A DNA stretch of 64,000 bases. Origin: Eledone cirrhosa (taxonomy: Eukaryota). Under the pieces are notes generated by a model that saw only the letters and a program-made list of their open reading frames with translations, did no database searches and was not told the DNA's origin. Within the stretch, counting starts at the first letter, position 1, and the number at the start of each line of letters is the position of its first letter. Below, one piece after another: positions 25,522-38,918 of the stretch. The stretch is from assembly GCA_964016885.1 (NCBI GenBank), contig OZ024740.1:176824001-176888000 (forward strand). Direction: 5' to 3'. A program made the position numbers and the translations under genes.

Positions 25522-25594
25522 AAGTTCCAGCATGTTTCGAACTCACGACCATCTGCGTGTAAAGCAGATATGATAACCACTACACCATGGAACC
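25522..25594 (-). tRNA. trnV: tRNA-Val(TAC), unit 14 (weak T-stem)
   Basis: Matches unit-1 TAC gene. Confidence 0.72.
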
Positions 25595-25712
25595 ACAGAT
25601 TTGTTTTAGAACAAATATTGCCTCAATACATTTACATTTTATCAATTATGCTGAATTGAAACAAATGTAAATGTATTTGATAAGACAATGTTTCTTCTTT
25701 CATTCTTCATCT

Positions 25713-25785
25713 GGTTCCATGGTGTAGTGGTTATCACATCTACTTAACACGCAGAAGGTCGTGAGTTCGAAACTCGCTGGAACCT
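25713..25785 (+). tRNA. trnV: tRNA-Val(AAC), unit 14 (anticodon-stem mismatch)
   Basis: TCTAC instead of TCTGC. Confidence 0.78.
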
Positions 25786-26553
25786 TCAATTATCTTTTTT
25801 TCTTTTACTTCTATTTCATTTTGTGTTGTTTGATAGAATCTCACATATTCCTTCTGACCATCCCATCGACAATTTCTATATCCAGTACTGTATATTTTAC
25901 CTTACATATGCTGGAACTCTGCTGACCTGTGTTTTACAAAAGTACTTGATGTAGATTCGAAATATTAATAACCAATCATTATATAGTATTTATATTGTTA
26001 ATCAACTGCTTCCAAATTTATACAACTTTCACTAAATTAACAGAAATATAAACGTGTTTCATAATGCAATATATGTTAGGAAGCAACCGTTTGATACAAT
26101 GTTGTAGTGTGTATCTCATTTGCAAAAACCTCGAGATGATCGCGGATTCGAAACTCGCAGCAAACACTCTTAAATTTCAATCTGAATAAATTATATATTT
26201 ATTTACATTTTTCATATCTTGCGTCATTTTAGTTGTCAATGAGGATTGAATACATTAATGTTATTGAAAAACACATGTTATACAGTAGGTTTGAAAATAA
26301 AATATATTTGTTCTTATGTTCCAGAATAGAACATATTTGTAGAAATGATTGCCTAAATATGTCCGACCATGTGCTAAACGATGACAATCATAATTTAGAA
26401 AGAAATTGCTCTTTATAAACATATTTAGTTTGATAATCTACACACAAGCTTTTTTCTGTGTAGATTGTACATATAAACATTAGTGAAGTGAAATATTTCA
26501 ATATTACAAGATACGTATAAAAGAAAGTTATTCGATATCGAGAAAAGGAAATT

Positions 26554-26626
26554 GGTTCCATAGTGTAGTGGTTATCACGTCTGCTTCACACGCGGAAGGT
26601 CGCGAGTTCAAAACTCGCTGGAGCCT
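26554..26626 (+). tRNA. trnV: tRNA-Val(CAC), unit 15
   Basis: T-loop TTCAAAA (G57A, tolerated). Confidence 0.85.
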
Positions 26627-27405
26627 TTATTACAATATTTTTAATCTACAGTAGCTCTTCTAATTCATGAGTACCCATATAATTTTAATCTACACTAGCT
26701 CTTCTAAGACATGAGTGCCCATATAATTTTAAATTACACTAGGTCTTTTAAGCCATCAGTGTCCGTATATTGTCAATCAATAATACAGATTAATGTCAGT
26801 AAATGCGTTTAAAATTATGTGAGAAAGTGACTAGTTTTGCTTACATAGTTTAGTGATTACTACGCCAGATTCACAAGCAGGAGATCGCGATTCCGAAACT
26901 TTCTGTAACCCTTGTTTCAATTAAAAACAAACTCCAGTAGTGTCATGATCCTTAGATGCTTAAATATTTTTCCATCTATCAACTCGGTCGCTTCAATGTG
27001 CAGTGGTGTATATTTTATCCTATACTAGATTTGGGCCCACTTGTGCCATACAACAGTACTGAAGTATTTCCTAAATATATATAACCGCTAATTAAATTTA
27101 GATTGTTAATGAACTGCTTCCAAATTTCCTCATCATGAAACCAAACGATTGCTTATTACCAAATATAGCCTTATTAAACATGTTTACATGTCCAGTAAAT
27201 TAGTGAAAGATATATAAATGTAGAGGTAGCTGATTAGCCATGTAAATACTACGTTATGAACGATTTTATATATTTAGCATCAACGTGAAGAACATTGTTT
27301 AACGCATGTCAGCCTAGTTTCACCATTGGTAAAGTATGTAGCAATGGATATTGACATTGGCAATGATATGATCAGGAGAAATATCTGAAAAAAAAAGGAG
27401 TGTCA

Positions 27406-27478
27406 AAGTTCCAGCATGTTTCGAACTCACGACCATCTGCGTGTAAAGCAGATATGATAACCACTACACCATGGAGCC
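27406..27478 (-). tRNA. trnV: tRNA-Val(TAC), unit 15 (weak T-stem, acceptor change)
   Basis: 5' end GGCTCCA. Confidence 0.63.
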
Positions 27479-27596
27479 ACAGACTTGTTTTAGAACAAAT
27501 ATTGCCTCAATACATTTACATTTTATCAATTATGCTGAATTGAAACAAATGTAAATGTATTTGATAAGACAATGTTTCTTCTTTCATTCTTCATCT

Positions 27597-27669
27597 GGTT
27601 CCATGGTGTAGTGGTTATCACATCTGCTTAACACGCAGAAGGTCGTGAGTTCGAAACTCGCTGGAACCT
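27597..27669 (+). tRNA. trnV: tRNA-Val(AAC), unit 15
   Basis: Matches unit-1 AAC gene. Confidence 0.9.
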
Positions 27670-28439
27670 TCAATTATCTTTTTTTCTTTTACTTCTATTT
27701 CATTTTGTGTTGTGTTTGATAGAATCTCACATATTCCTTCTGACCATCCCATCGACAATTTCTATATCCAGTACTGTATATTTTACCTTACATATGCTGG
27801 AACTCTGCTGACCTGTGTTTTACAAAAGTACTTGACGTAGATTCGAAATATTAATAACCAATCATTATATAGTATTTATATTGTTAATCAACTGCTTCCA
27901 AATTTATACAACTTTCACTAAATTAACAGAAATATAAACGTGTTTCATAATGCAATATATGTTAGGAAGCAACCGTTTGATACAATGTTGTAGTGTGTAT
28001 CTCATTTGCAAAAAACTCGAGATGATCGCGGATTCGAAATTCGCAGCAAACACTCTTAAATTTCAATCTGAATAAATTATATATTTATTTACATTTTTCA
28101 TATCTTGCGTCATTTTAGTTATCAATGAGGATTGAATACATTAATGTTATTGAAAAACACATGTCATACAGTAGGTTTGAAAATAAAATATATTTGTTCC
28201 TATGTTCCAGAATAGAACATATTTGTAGAAATGATTACCTAAATATGTCCGACCATGTGCTAAACAATGATAATCATAATTTAGAAAGAAATTGCTCTTT
28301 ATAAACATATTTAGTTTGATAATCTACACACAAGCTTTTTTCTGTGTAGATTGTACATATAAATATTAGTGAAGTGAAATATTTCAATATTACAAGATAC
28401 GTATAAAAGAAAGTTATTCGATATCGAGAAAAGGAAATT

Positions 28440-28512
28440 GGTTCCATAGTGTAGTGGTTATCACGTCTGCTTCACACGCGGAAGGTCGCGAGTTCGAAAC
28501 TAGCTAGAGCGT
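28440..28512 (+). tRNA. trnV: tRNA-Val(CAC), unit 16 (3' lesions, likely pseudogene)
   Basis: CTAGCTAGAGCG replaces CTCGCTGGAGCC. Confidence 0.58.
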
Positions 28513-29292
28513 TTATTACTATATTTTTAATCTACAGTCGCTCTTCTAATTCATGAGTACCCATATAATTTTAATCTACACTAGCTCTTCTAAGACATGA
28601 GTGCCCATATAATTTTAAATTACACTAGGTCTTTCAAGGCATCAGTGTCCATATATTTGTCAATCAATAATACAGATTAATGTCAGTAAATGCGTTTAAA
28701 ATTATGTGAGAAAGTGACTAGTTTTGCTTACATAGTTTAGTGATTACCACGCCAGATTCACAAGCAGGAGATCGCGATTCCGAAACTTTCTGTAATCCTT
28801 GTTTCAATTAAAAACAAACTCCAGTTGTGTCATGATCCTTAGATGCTTAAATATTTTTCCATCTATCAACTCGGTCGCTTCAATGTGCAGTGGTGTATAT
28901 TTTATCCTATACTAGATTTGGGCCGACTTGTGCCGTACAACAGTACTGAAGTATTTCCTAAATATATATAACCGCTAATTAAATTTAGATTGTTAATGAA
29001 CTGCTTCCAAATTTCCTCATCATGAAACCAAACGATGGCTTATTACCAAATATAGCCTTATTAAACATGTTTACATGTCCAGTAAATTAGTGAAAGATGT
29101 ATAAATGTAGAGGTAGCTGATTAGCCATGTAAATACTACGTTATGAACGATTTTATATATTTAGCATCAACGTGAAGAACATTGTTTAACGCACGTCAGC
29201 CTAGTTTAAGCATTGGTAAAGTATGTAGCAATGGATATTGACATTGGCAAGGATATGATCAGGAGAAATATCTGAAAAAAAAAGGAGTGTCA

Positions 29293-29365
29293 AAGTTCCA
29301 GCATGTTTCGAACTCACGACCATCTGCGTGTAAAGCAGATATGATAACCACTACACCATGTAGCC
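29293..29365 (-). tRNA. trnV: tRNA-Val(TAC), unit 16 (acceptor lesions, likely pseudogene)
   Basis: 5' end GGCTACA. Confidence 0.56.
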
Positions 29366-29483
29366 ACAGACTTGTTTTAGAACAAATATTGCCTCAATAC
29401 ATTTACATTTTATCAATTATGCTGAATTGAAACAAATGTAAATGTATTTGATAAGACAATGTTTGTTCTTTCATTCTTCATCT

Positions 29484-29556
29484 GGTTCCATGGTGTAGTG
29501 GTTATCACATCTGCTTAACACGCAGAAGGTGGTGAGTTCGAAACTCGCTGGAACCT
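29484..29556 (+). tRNA. trnV: tRNA-Val(AAC), unit 16
   Basis: AAC gene with variable loop AGGTG. Confidence 0.85.
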
Positions 29557-30326
29557 TCAATTATCTTTTTTTCTTTTACTTCTATTTCATTTTGTGTTGT
29601 GTTTGATAGAATCTCACATATTCCTTCTGACCATCCCATCGACAATTTCTATATCCAGTACTGTATATTTTACCTTACATATGCTGGAACTCTGCTGACC
29701 TGTGTTTTACAAAAGTACTTGACGTAGATTCGAAATATTAATAACCAATCATTATATAGTATTTATATTGTTAATCAACTGCTTCCAAATTTATACAACT
29801 TTCACTAAATTAACAGAAATATAAACGTGTTTCATAATGCAATATATGTTAGGAAGCAACCGTTTGATACAATGTTGTAGTGTGTATCTCATTTGCAAAA
29901 AACTCGAGATGATCGCGGATTCGAAATTCGCAGCAAACACTCTTAAATTTCAATATGAATAAATTATATACTTATTTACATTTTTCATATCTTGCGTCAT
30001 TTTAGTTGTCAATGAGGATTGAATACATTAATGTTATTGAAAAACACATGTTATACAGTAGGTTTGAAAATAAAATATATTTGTTCTTATGTTCCAGAAT
30101 AGAACATATTTGTAGAAATGATTGCCTAAATATGTCTGACCATGTGCTAAACAATAATAATCACAATTTAGAAAGAAATTGCTCTTTATAAACATATTTA
30201 GTTTGATAATCTACACACAAGCTTTTTTCTGTGTAGATTGTACATATAAATATTAGTGAAGTGAAATATTTCAATATTACAAGATACGTATAAAAGAAAG
30301 TTATTCGATATCGAGAAAAGGAAATT

Positions 30327-30399
30327 GGTTCCATAGTGTAGTGGTTATCACGTCTGCTTCACACGCGGAAGGTCGCGAGTTCGAAACTCGCTAGAGCGT
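30327..30399 (+). tRNA. trnV: tRNA-Val(CAC), unit 17 (acceptor lesions)
   Basis: 3' acceptor TAGAGCG. Confidence 0.63.
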
Positions 30400-31179
30400 T
30401 TATTACTATATTTTTAATCTACAGTCGCTCTTCTAATTCATGAGTACCCATATAATTTTAATCTACACTAGCTCTTCTAAGACATGAGTGCCCATATAAT
30501 TTTAAATTACACTAGGTCTTTCAAGCCAGCAGTGTCCATATATTTGTCAATCAATAATAGAGATCAATGTCAGTAAATGCGTTTAAAATTATGTGAGAAA
30601 GTGACTAGTTTTGCTTACATAGTTTAGTGATTACCACGCCAGATTCACAAGCAGGAGATCGCGATTCCGAAACTTTCTGTAATCCTTGTTTCAATTAAAA
30701 ACAAACTCCAGTTGTGTCATGATCCTTAGATGCTTAAATATTTTTCCATCTATCAACTCGGTCGCTTCAATGTGCAGTGGTGTATATTTTATCCTATACT
30801 AGATTTGGGCCCACTTGTGCCATACAACAGTACTGAAGTATTTCCTAAATATATATAACCGCTAATTAAATTTAGATTGTTAATGAACTGCTTCCAAATT
30901 TCCTCATCATGAAACCAAACGATGGCTTATTACCAAATAAAGCCTTATCAAACATGTTTACATGTCCAGTAAATTAGTGAAAGATATAGAAATGTAGAGG
31001 TAGCTGATTAGCCATGTAAATACTACGTTATGAACGATTTTATATATTTAGCATCTACGTCAAGAACATTGTTTAACGCATGTCAGCCTAGTTTCAGCAT
31101 TGGTAAAGTATGTAGCAATGGATATTGACATTGGCAATGATATGATCAGGAGAAATATCTGAAAAAAAAAGGAGTGTCA

Positions 31180-31252
31180 AAGTTCCAGCATGTTTCGAAC
31201 TCACGACCATCTGTGTGTAAAGAAGATATGATAACCACTACACCATGGAACC
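31180..31252 (-). tRNA. trnV: tRNA-Val(TAC), unit 17 (anticodon stem disrupted, likely pseudogene)
   Basis: + strand CTGTGTGTAAAGAAG. Confidence 0.55.
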
Positions 31253-31370
31253 AGAGACTTGTTTTAGAACAAATATTGCCTCAATACATTTACATTTTAT
31301 CAATTATGCTGAATTGAAACAAATGTAAATGTATTTGATAAGACAATGTTTCTTCTTTCATTCTTCATCT

Positions 31371-31443
31371 GGTTCCATGGTGTAGTGGTTATCACATCTG
31401 CTTTGCACGCAGAAGGTCGTGAGTTCGAAACTCGCTGGAACCT
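31371..31443 (+). tRNA. Structurally intact Val-body tRNA with Ala anticodon TGC, unit 17
   Basis: GGTTCCATGGTGTAGTGGTTATCACATCTGC-TT-TGC-AC-GCAGAAGGTCGTGAGTTCGAAACTCGCTGGAACCT. Confidence 0.85.
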
Positions 31444-32214
31444 TCAATTATCTTTTTTTGTTTTACTTCTATTTCATTTTGTGTTGTGTTTCATAGAATC
31501 TCACATATTTCTTCTGACTATCTCCTCGACAATTTCTATATCCAGTACTGTATATTTTCCCTATCATATGCTGGAACTCTGCTGACCTGTGTTTTACAAA
31601 AGTACTTGACGTAGATTCGAAATATTAATAACCAATCATTATATAGTATTTATATTGTTAATCAACTGCTTCCAATTTAATACAACTTTCACTAAATTAA
31701 CAGAAATATGAACGTGTTTCATAATGCAATATATGTTAGGAAGCAACCGTTTGATACAATGTTGTAGTGTGTATCTCATTTGCAAAAAACACGAGATGAT
31801 CGCGGATTCGAAATTCGCAGCAAACACTCTTAATTTACAATCTGAATAAACAATATATTTTTCTACATTTTTCATATCTTGCGTCATTTTAGTTGTCAAT
31901 GAGGATTGAATACTTTTAATGTTATTGAAAAACACATGTTATACAGTAGGTTTGAAAATAAAATATATTTGTTCCTATGTTCCAGAATAGAACATATTTG
32001 TAGAAATGATTGCCTAAATATGTCCGACCATGTGCTAAACAATGACAATCATAATTTAGAAAGAAATTGCTCTTTATAAACATATTTAGTTTGATAATCT
32101 ACACACAAGCTTTTTTCTGTGTAGATTGTACATATAAATATTAGTGAAGTGAAATATTTCAAAATCACAAGATACGTATAAAAGAAAGTTATTCGATATC
32201 GAGAAAAGGAAATT

Positions 32215-32287
32215 GGTTCCATAGTGTAGTGGTTATCACGTCTGCTTCACACGCGGAAGGTCGCGAGTTCGAAACTCGCTGGAACCT
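32215..32287 (+). tRNA. trnV: tRNA-Val(CAC), unit 18 (fully Watson-Crick acceptor)
   Basis: 3' acceptor TGGAACC. Confidence 0.9.
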
Positions 32288-33067
32288 TTATTACAATATT
32301 TTTACTCTACAGTAGCTCTTCTAATTCATGAGTACCCATATAATTTTAATCTACACTAGCTCTTCTAAGACATGAGTACCCATATAATTTTAAATTACAC
32401 TAGGACTTTCAAGCCATCAGTGTCCATATAATTGTCAATCAATAATACAGATCAATGTCAGTAAATGCGTTTAAAATTATGTGAGAAAGTGACTAGTTTT
32501 GCTTACATAGTTTAGTGATTACCACGCCAGATTCACAAGCAGGAGATCGCGATTCCGAAACTTTCTGTAATCCTTGTTTCAATTAAAAACAAACTCCAGT
32601 TGTGTCATGATCCTTAGATGCTTAAATATTTTTCCATCTATCAACTCGGTCGCTTCAATGTGCAGTGGTGTATATTTTATCCTATACTAGATTTGGGCCG
32701 ACTTGTGCCATACAACAGTACTGAAGTATTTCCTAAATATATATAACCGCTAATTAAATTTAGATTGTTAATGAACTGCTTCCAAATTTCCTCATCATGA
32801 AACCAAACGATGGCTTATTACCAAATATAGCCTTATTAAACATGTTTACATGTCCAGTAAATTAGTGAAAGATGTATAAATGTAGAGGTAGCTGATTAGC
32901 CATGTAAATACTACGTTATGAACGATTTTATATATTTAGCATCAACGTTAAGAACATTGTTTAACGCATGTCAGCCTAGTTTAAGCATTGGTAAAGTATG
33001 TAGCAATGGATATTGACATTGGCAATGATATGATCAGGAGAAATATCTGAAAAAAAAAGGAGTGTCA

Positions 33068-33140
33068 AAGTTCCAGCATGTTTCGAACTCACGACCATCT
33101 GCGTGTAAAGCAGATATGATAACCACTACACCATGTAACC
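33068..33140 (-). tRNA. trnV: tRNA-Val(TAC), unit 18 (weak T-stem, acceptor mismatch)
   Basis: 5' end GGTTACA. Confidence 0.6.
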
Positions 33141-33258
33141 ACAGACTTGTTTTAGAACAAATATTGCCTCAATACATTTACATTTTATCAATTATGCTGA
33201 ATTGAAACAAATGTAAATGTATTTGATAAGACAATGTTTCTTCTTTCATTCTTCATCT

Positions 33259-33331
33259 GGTTCCATGGTGTAGTGGTTATCACATCTGCTTAACATGCAG
33301 AAGGTCGTGAGTTCGAAACTCGCTGGAACCT
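33259..33331 (+). tRNA. trnV: tRNA-Val(AAC), unit 18
   Basis: Anticodon loop TTAACAT. Confidence 0.85.
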
Positions 33332-34102
33332 TCAATTATCTTTTTTTCTTTTACTTCTATTTCATTTTGTGTTGTGTTTGATAGAATCTCACATATTTCT
33401 TCTGACTATCCCATCGACAATTTCTATATCCAGTACTGTATATTTTACCTTACATATGCTGGAACTCTGCTGACCTGTGTTTTACAAAACTACTTGACGT
33501 AGATTCGAATTATTAATAACCAATCATTATCTAGTATTTATATTGTTAATCAACTGCTTCCAAATTTATCCAACTTTCACTAAATTAACAGAAATATAAA
33601 CGTGTTTCATAATGCAATATATGTTAGGAAGCAACCGCTTGATACAATGTTGTAGTGTGTATCTCATTTGCAAAAAACACGAGATAATCGCGGATTCGAA
33701 ATTTGCAGCAAACACTCTTAATTTACAATCTGAATAAATAATATATTTATTTACATTTTTCATATCTTGCGTCATTTTAGTTGTCAATGAGGATTGAATA
33801 CTTTTAATGTTATTGAAAAACACATGTTATACAGTAGGTTTGAAAATAAAATATATTTGTTCCTATGTTCCAGAATAGAAAATATTTGTAGAAATGATTG
33901 CCCAAATATGTCCGACCATGTGCTAAACAATGACAATCATAACTTCGAAAGAAATTGCTCTTTATAAACATATTTAGTTTGATAATCTACACACAAGCTT
34001 TTTTCTATGTAGATTGTACATATAAATATTAGTGAAGTGAAATATTTCAAAATCACAAGATACGTATAAAAGAAAGTTATTCGATATCGAGAAAAGGAAA
34101 TT

Positions 34103-34175
34103 GGTTCCATAGTGTAGTGGTTATCACGTCTGCTTCACACGCGGAAGGTCGCGAGTTCGAAACTCGCTGGAGCCC
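34103..34175 (+). tRNA. trnV: tRNA-Val(CAC), unit 19
   Basis: CAC gene, discriminator C. Confidence 0.85.
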
Positions 34176-34954
34176 TTATTACAATAATTTTAATCTACAG
34201 TAGCTCTTCTAATTCATGAGTGCCCATATAATGTTAATCTACACTAGCTATTCTAAGACATGAGTGCCCATATAATTTTAAATTACACTAGGTCTTTCAA
34301 GCCATCAGTGTCCATATATTTGTCAATCAATAATACAGATTAATGTCAGTAAATGCGTTTAAAATTATGTGAGAAAGTGACTAGTTTTGCTTACATAGTT
34401 TAGTGATTACCACGCCAGATTCACAAGCAGGAGATCGCGATTCCGAAACTTTCTGTACTTCTTGTTTCAATTAAAAACAAACTCCAGTTGTGTCATGATC
34501 CTTAGATGCTTAAATATTTTTCCATCTATCAACACGGTAGCTTCAATGTGCAGTGGTGTATATTTTATCTTATACTAGATTTGGGCCGACTTGTGCCATA
34601 CAACAGAACTGAAGTATTTCCTAAATATATATAACCGCTAATTAAATTTAGATTGTTAATGAACTGCTTCCAAATTTCCTCATCATGAAACCAAACGATG
34701 GCTTATTACCAAATATAGCCTTATTAAACATGTTTACATGTCCAGTAAATTAGTGAAAGATGTATGAATGTAGAGGTAGCTGATTAGCCATGTAAATACT
34801 ACGTTATGAACGATTTTATATATTTAGCATCAACGTCAAGAACATTGTTTAACGCATGTCAGCCTAGTTTCAGCATTGGTAAAGTATGTAGCAATGGATA
34901 TTGACATTGGCAATGATATGATCAGGAGAAATATCTGAAAAAAAAGGAGTGTCA

Positions 34955-35027
34955 AAGTTCCAGCATGTTTCGAACTCACGACCATCTGCGTGTAAAGCAG
35001 ATATGATAACCACTACACCATGGAACC
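34955..35027 (-). tRNA. trnV: tRNA-Val(TAC), unit 19 (weak T-stem)
   Basis: Matches unit-1 TAC gene. Confidence 0.72.
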
Positions 35028-35145
35028 ACCGACTTGTTTTAGAGCAAATATTGCCTCAATACATTTACATTTTATCAATTATGCTGAATTGAAACAAATG
35101 TAAATGTATTTGATAAGACAATGTTTCTTCGTTCATTCTTCATCT

Positions 35146-35218
35146 GGTTCCATGGTGTAGTGGTTATCACATCTGCTTTACACGCAGAAGGTCGTGAGTT
35201 CGAAACTCGCTGGAGCCT
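35146..35218 (+). tRNA. trnV: tRNA-Val(TAC) in the AAC slot, unit 19 (intact T-stem)
   Basis: TCTGC-TTTACAC-GCAGA; 3' acceptor TGGAGCC. Confidence 0.88.
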
Positions 35219-35989
35219 TCAATTATCTTTTTTTGTTTTACTTCTATTTCATTTTGTGTTGTGTTTCATAGAATCTCACATATTTCTTCTGACTATCTCC
35301 TCGACAATTTCTATATCCAGTACTGTATATTTTCCCTATCATATGCTGGAACTCTGCTGACCTGTGTTTTACAAAAGTACTTGACGTAGATTCGAAATAT
35401 TAATAACCAATCATTATATAGTATTTATATTGTTAATCAACTGCTTCCAATTTAATACAACTTTCACTAAATTAACAGAAATATGAACGTGTTTCATAAT
35501 GCAATATATGTTAGGAAGCAACCGTTTGATACAATGTTGTAGTGTGTATCTCATTTGCAAAAAACACGAGATGATCGCGGATTCGAAATTCGCAGCAAAC
35601 ACTCTTAATTTACAATCTGAATAAACAATATATTTTTCTACATTTTTCATATCTTGCGTCATTTTAGTTGTCAATGAGGATTGAATACTTTTAATGTTAT
35701 TGAAAAACACATGTTATACAGTAGGTTTGAAAATAAAATATATTTGTTCCTATGTTCCAGAATAGAACATATTTGTAGAAATGATTGCCTAAATATGTCC
35801 GACCATGTGCTAAACAATGACAATCATAATTTAGAAAGAAATGGCTCTTTATAAACATATTTAGTTTGATAATCTACACACAAGCTTTTTTCTGTGTAGA
35901 TAGTACATATAAATACTAGTGAAGTGAAATATTTCAAAATCACAAGATACGTATAAAAGAAAGTTATTCGATATCGAGAAAAGGAAATT

Positions 35990-36062
35990 GGTTCCATAGT
36001 GTAGTGGTTATCACGTCTGCTTCACAGGCGGAAGGTCGCGAGTTCGAAACTCGCTGGAGCCT
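35990..36062 (+). tRNA. trnV: tRNA-Val(CAC), unit 20
   Basis: Anticodon loop TTCACAG. Confidence 0.8.
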
Positions 36063-36840
36063 TTATTACAATATTTTTACTCTACAGTAGCTCTTCTAAT
36101 TCATGAGTACCCATATAATTTTAATCTACACTAGCTCTTCTAAGACATGAGTACCCATATAATTTTAAATTACACTAGGTCTTTCAAGCCATCAGTGTCC
36201 ATATAATTGTCAATCAATAATACAGATCAATGTCAGTAAATGCGTTTAAAATTATGTGAGAAAGTGACTAGTTTTGCTTACATAGTTTAGTGATTACCAC
36301 GCCAGATTCACAAGCAGGAGATCGCGATTCCAAAACTTTCTGTAACCCTTGTTTCAATTAAAAACAAACTCCAGTTGTGTTATGATCCTTAGATGCTTAA
36401 ATATTTTTCCATCTATCAACTCGGTCGCTTCAATGTGCAGTGGTGTATATTTTATCCTATACTAGATTTGGGCCGACTTGTGCCATACAAAGTACTGAAG
36501 TATTTCCTAAATATATATAAGCGCTAATTAAATTTAGATTGTTAATGAACTGCTTCCAAATTTCCTCATCATGAAACCAAACGATGGCTTATTACCAAAT
36601 ATAGCCTTATTAAACATGTTTACATGTCCAGTAAATTAGTGAAAGATGTATAAATGTAGAGGTAGCTGATTAGCCATGTAAATACTACGTTATGAACGAT
36701 TTTATATATTTAGCATCAACGTTAAGAACATTGTTTAACGCATGTCAGCCTAGTTTCAGCATTGGTAAAGTATGTAGCAATGGATATTGACATTGGAAAT
36801 GATATGATCAGGAGAAATATCTGAAAAAAAAGGAGTGTCA

Positions 36841-36913
36841 ACGTTCCAGCATGTTTCGAACTCACGACCATCTGCGTGTAAAGCAGATATGATAACCACT
36901 ACACCATGGAACC
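36841..36913 (-). tRNA. trnV: tRNA-Val(TAC), unit 20 (weak T-stem)
   Basis: TAC gene with 1-72 mismatch. Confidence 0.66.
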
Positions 36914-37031
36914 ACAGACTTGTTTTAGAACAAATATTGCCTCAATACATTTACATTTTATCAATTATGCTGAATTGAAACAAATGTAAACGTATTTGAT
37001 AAGACAATGTTTCTTCTTTCATTCTTCATCT

Positions 37032-37104
37032 GGTTCCATGGTGTAGTGGTTATCACATCCGCTTAACACGCAGAAGGTCGTGAGTTCGAAACTCGCTGGA
37101 ACCT
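37032..37104 (+). tRNA. trnV: tRNA-Val(AAC), unit 20 (anticodon-stem mismatch)
   Basis: TCCGC instead of TCTGC. Confidence 0.78.
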
Positions 37105-37874
37105 TCAACTATCTTTTTTTTCTTTTACTTCTATTTCATTTTGTGTTGTGCTTGATAGAATCTCACATATTTCTTCTGACTATCTCCTCGACAATTTCTA
37201 TATCCAGTACTGTATATTTTCCCTATCATATGCTGGAACTCTGCTGACCTGTTTTACAAAAGTACTTGACGTAGATTCGAAATATTAATAACCAATCATT
37301 ATCTAGTATTTATATTGTTAATCAACTGCTTCCAAATTTATACAACTTTCACTAAATTAACAGAAATATAAACGTGTTTCATAATGCAATATATGTTAGG
37401 AAGCAACCGCTTGATACAATGTTGTAGTGTGTATCTCATTTGCAAAAAACACGAGATGATCGCGGATTCGAAATTTGCAGCAAACACTCTTAATTTACAA
37501 TCTGAATAAATAATATATTTATTTACATTTTTCATATCTTGCTTCATTTTAGTTGTCAATGAGGATTGAATACTTTTAATGTTATTGAAAACCACATGTT
37601 ATACAGTAGGTTTGAAAATAAAATATATTTGTTCCTATGTTCCAGAATAGAACATATTTGTAGAAATGATTGCCTAAATATGTCCGACCATGTGCTAAAC
37701 AATGACAATCATAATTTAGAAAGAAATTGCTCTTTATAAACATATTTAGTTTGATAATCTACACACAAGCTTTTTTCTGTGAAGATTGTACATATAAATA
37801 TTAGTGAAGTGAAACATTTCAAAATCACAAGATACGTATAAAAGAAAGTTATTCGATATCGAGAAAAGGAAATT

Positions 37875-37947
37875 GGTTCCATAGTGTAGTGGTTATCACG
37901 TCTGCTTCACACGCGGAAGATCGCGAGTTCGAAACTCGCTGGAGCCT
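37875..37947 (+). tRNA. trnV: tRNA-Val(CAC), unit 21
   Basis: Variable loop AGATC. Confidence 0.85.
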
Positions 37948-38727
37948 TTATTACAATATTTTTAATCTACAGTAGCTCTTCTAATTCATGAGTGCCCATA
38001 TAATGTTAATCTACACTAGCTATTCTAAGACATGAGTGCCCATATAATTTTAAATTACACTAGGTCTTTCAAGCCATCAGTGTCCATATATTTGTCAATC
38101 AATAATACAGATTAATGTCAGTAAATGCGTTTAAAATTATGTGAGAAAGTGACTAGTTTTGCTTACATAGTTTAGTGATTACCACGCCAGATTCACAAGC
38201 AGGAGATCGCGATTCCGAAACTTTCTGTACTTCTTGTTTCAATTAAAAACAAACTCCAGTTGTGTCATGATCCTTAGATGCTTAAATATTTTTCCATCTA
38301 TCAACACGGTAGCTTCAATGTGCAGTGGTGTATATTTTATCTTATACTAGATTTGGGCCGACTTGTGCCATACAACAGAACTGAAGTATTTCCTAAATAT
38401 ATATAACCGCTAATTAAATTTAGATTGTTAATGAACTGCTTCCAAATTTCCTCATCATGAAACCAAACGATGGCTTATTACCAAATATAGCCTTATTAAA
38501 CATGTTTACATGTCCAGTAAATTAGTGAAAGATGTATAAAAGTAGAGGTAGCTGATTAGCCATGTAAATACTACGTTATGAACGATTTTATATATTTAGC
38601 ATCTACGTCAAGAACTTTGTTTAACGCATGTCAGCCTAGTTTCAGCATTGGTAAAGTATGTAGCAATGGATATTGACATTGGCAAGGATATGATCAGCAG
38701 AAATATCTGAAAAAAAACGGAGTGTCA

Positions 38728-38800
38728 AAGTTCCAGCATGTTTCGAACTCACGACCATCTGCGTGTAAAGCAGATATGATAACCACTACACCATGGAACC
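38728..38800 (-). tRNA. trnV: tRNA-Val(TAC), unit 21 (weak T-stem)
   Basis: Matches unit-1 TAC gene. Confidence 0.72.
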
Positions 38801-38918
38801 ACAGACTTGTTTTAGAACAAATATTGCCTCAATACATTTACATTTTATCAACTATGCTGAATTGAAACAAATGTAAATGTATTTGCTAAGACAATGTTTC
38901 TTCTTTCATTCATCATCT

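Noticed and set aside
1752-30191. Recurrent 61-aa ORF MSMRIEYINV... in the array units
   Set aside because: It starts at TTG, has no recognisable domain, recurs only because the unit repeats, and is broken by a 1-bp indel in units 17-23. It is spacer sequence.
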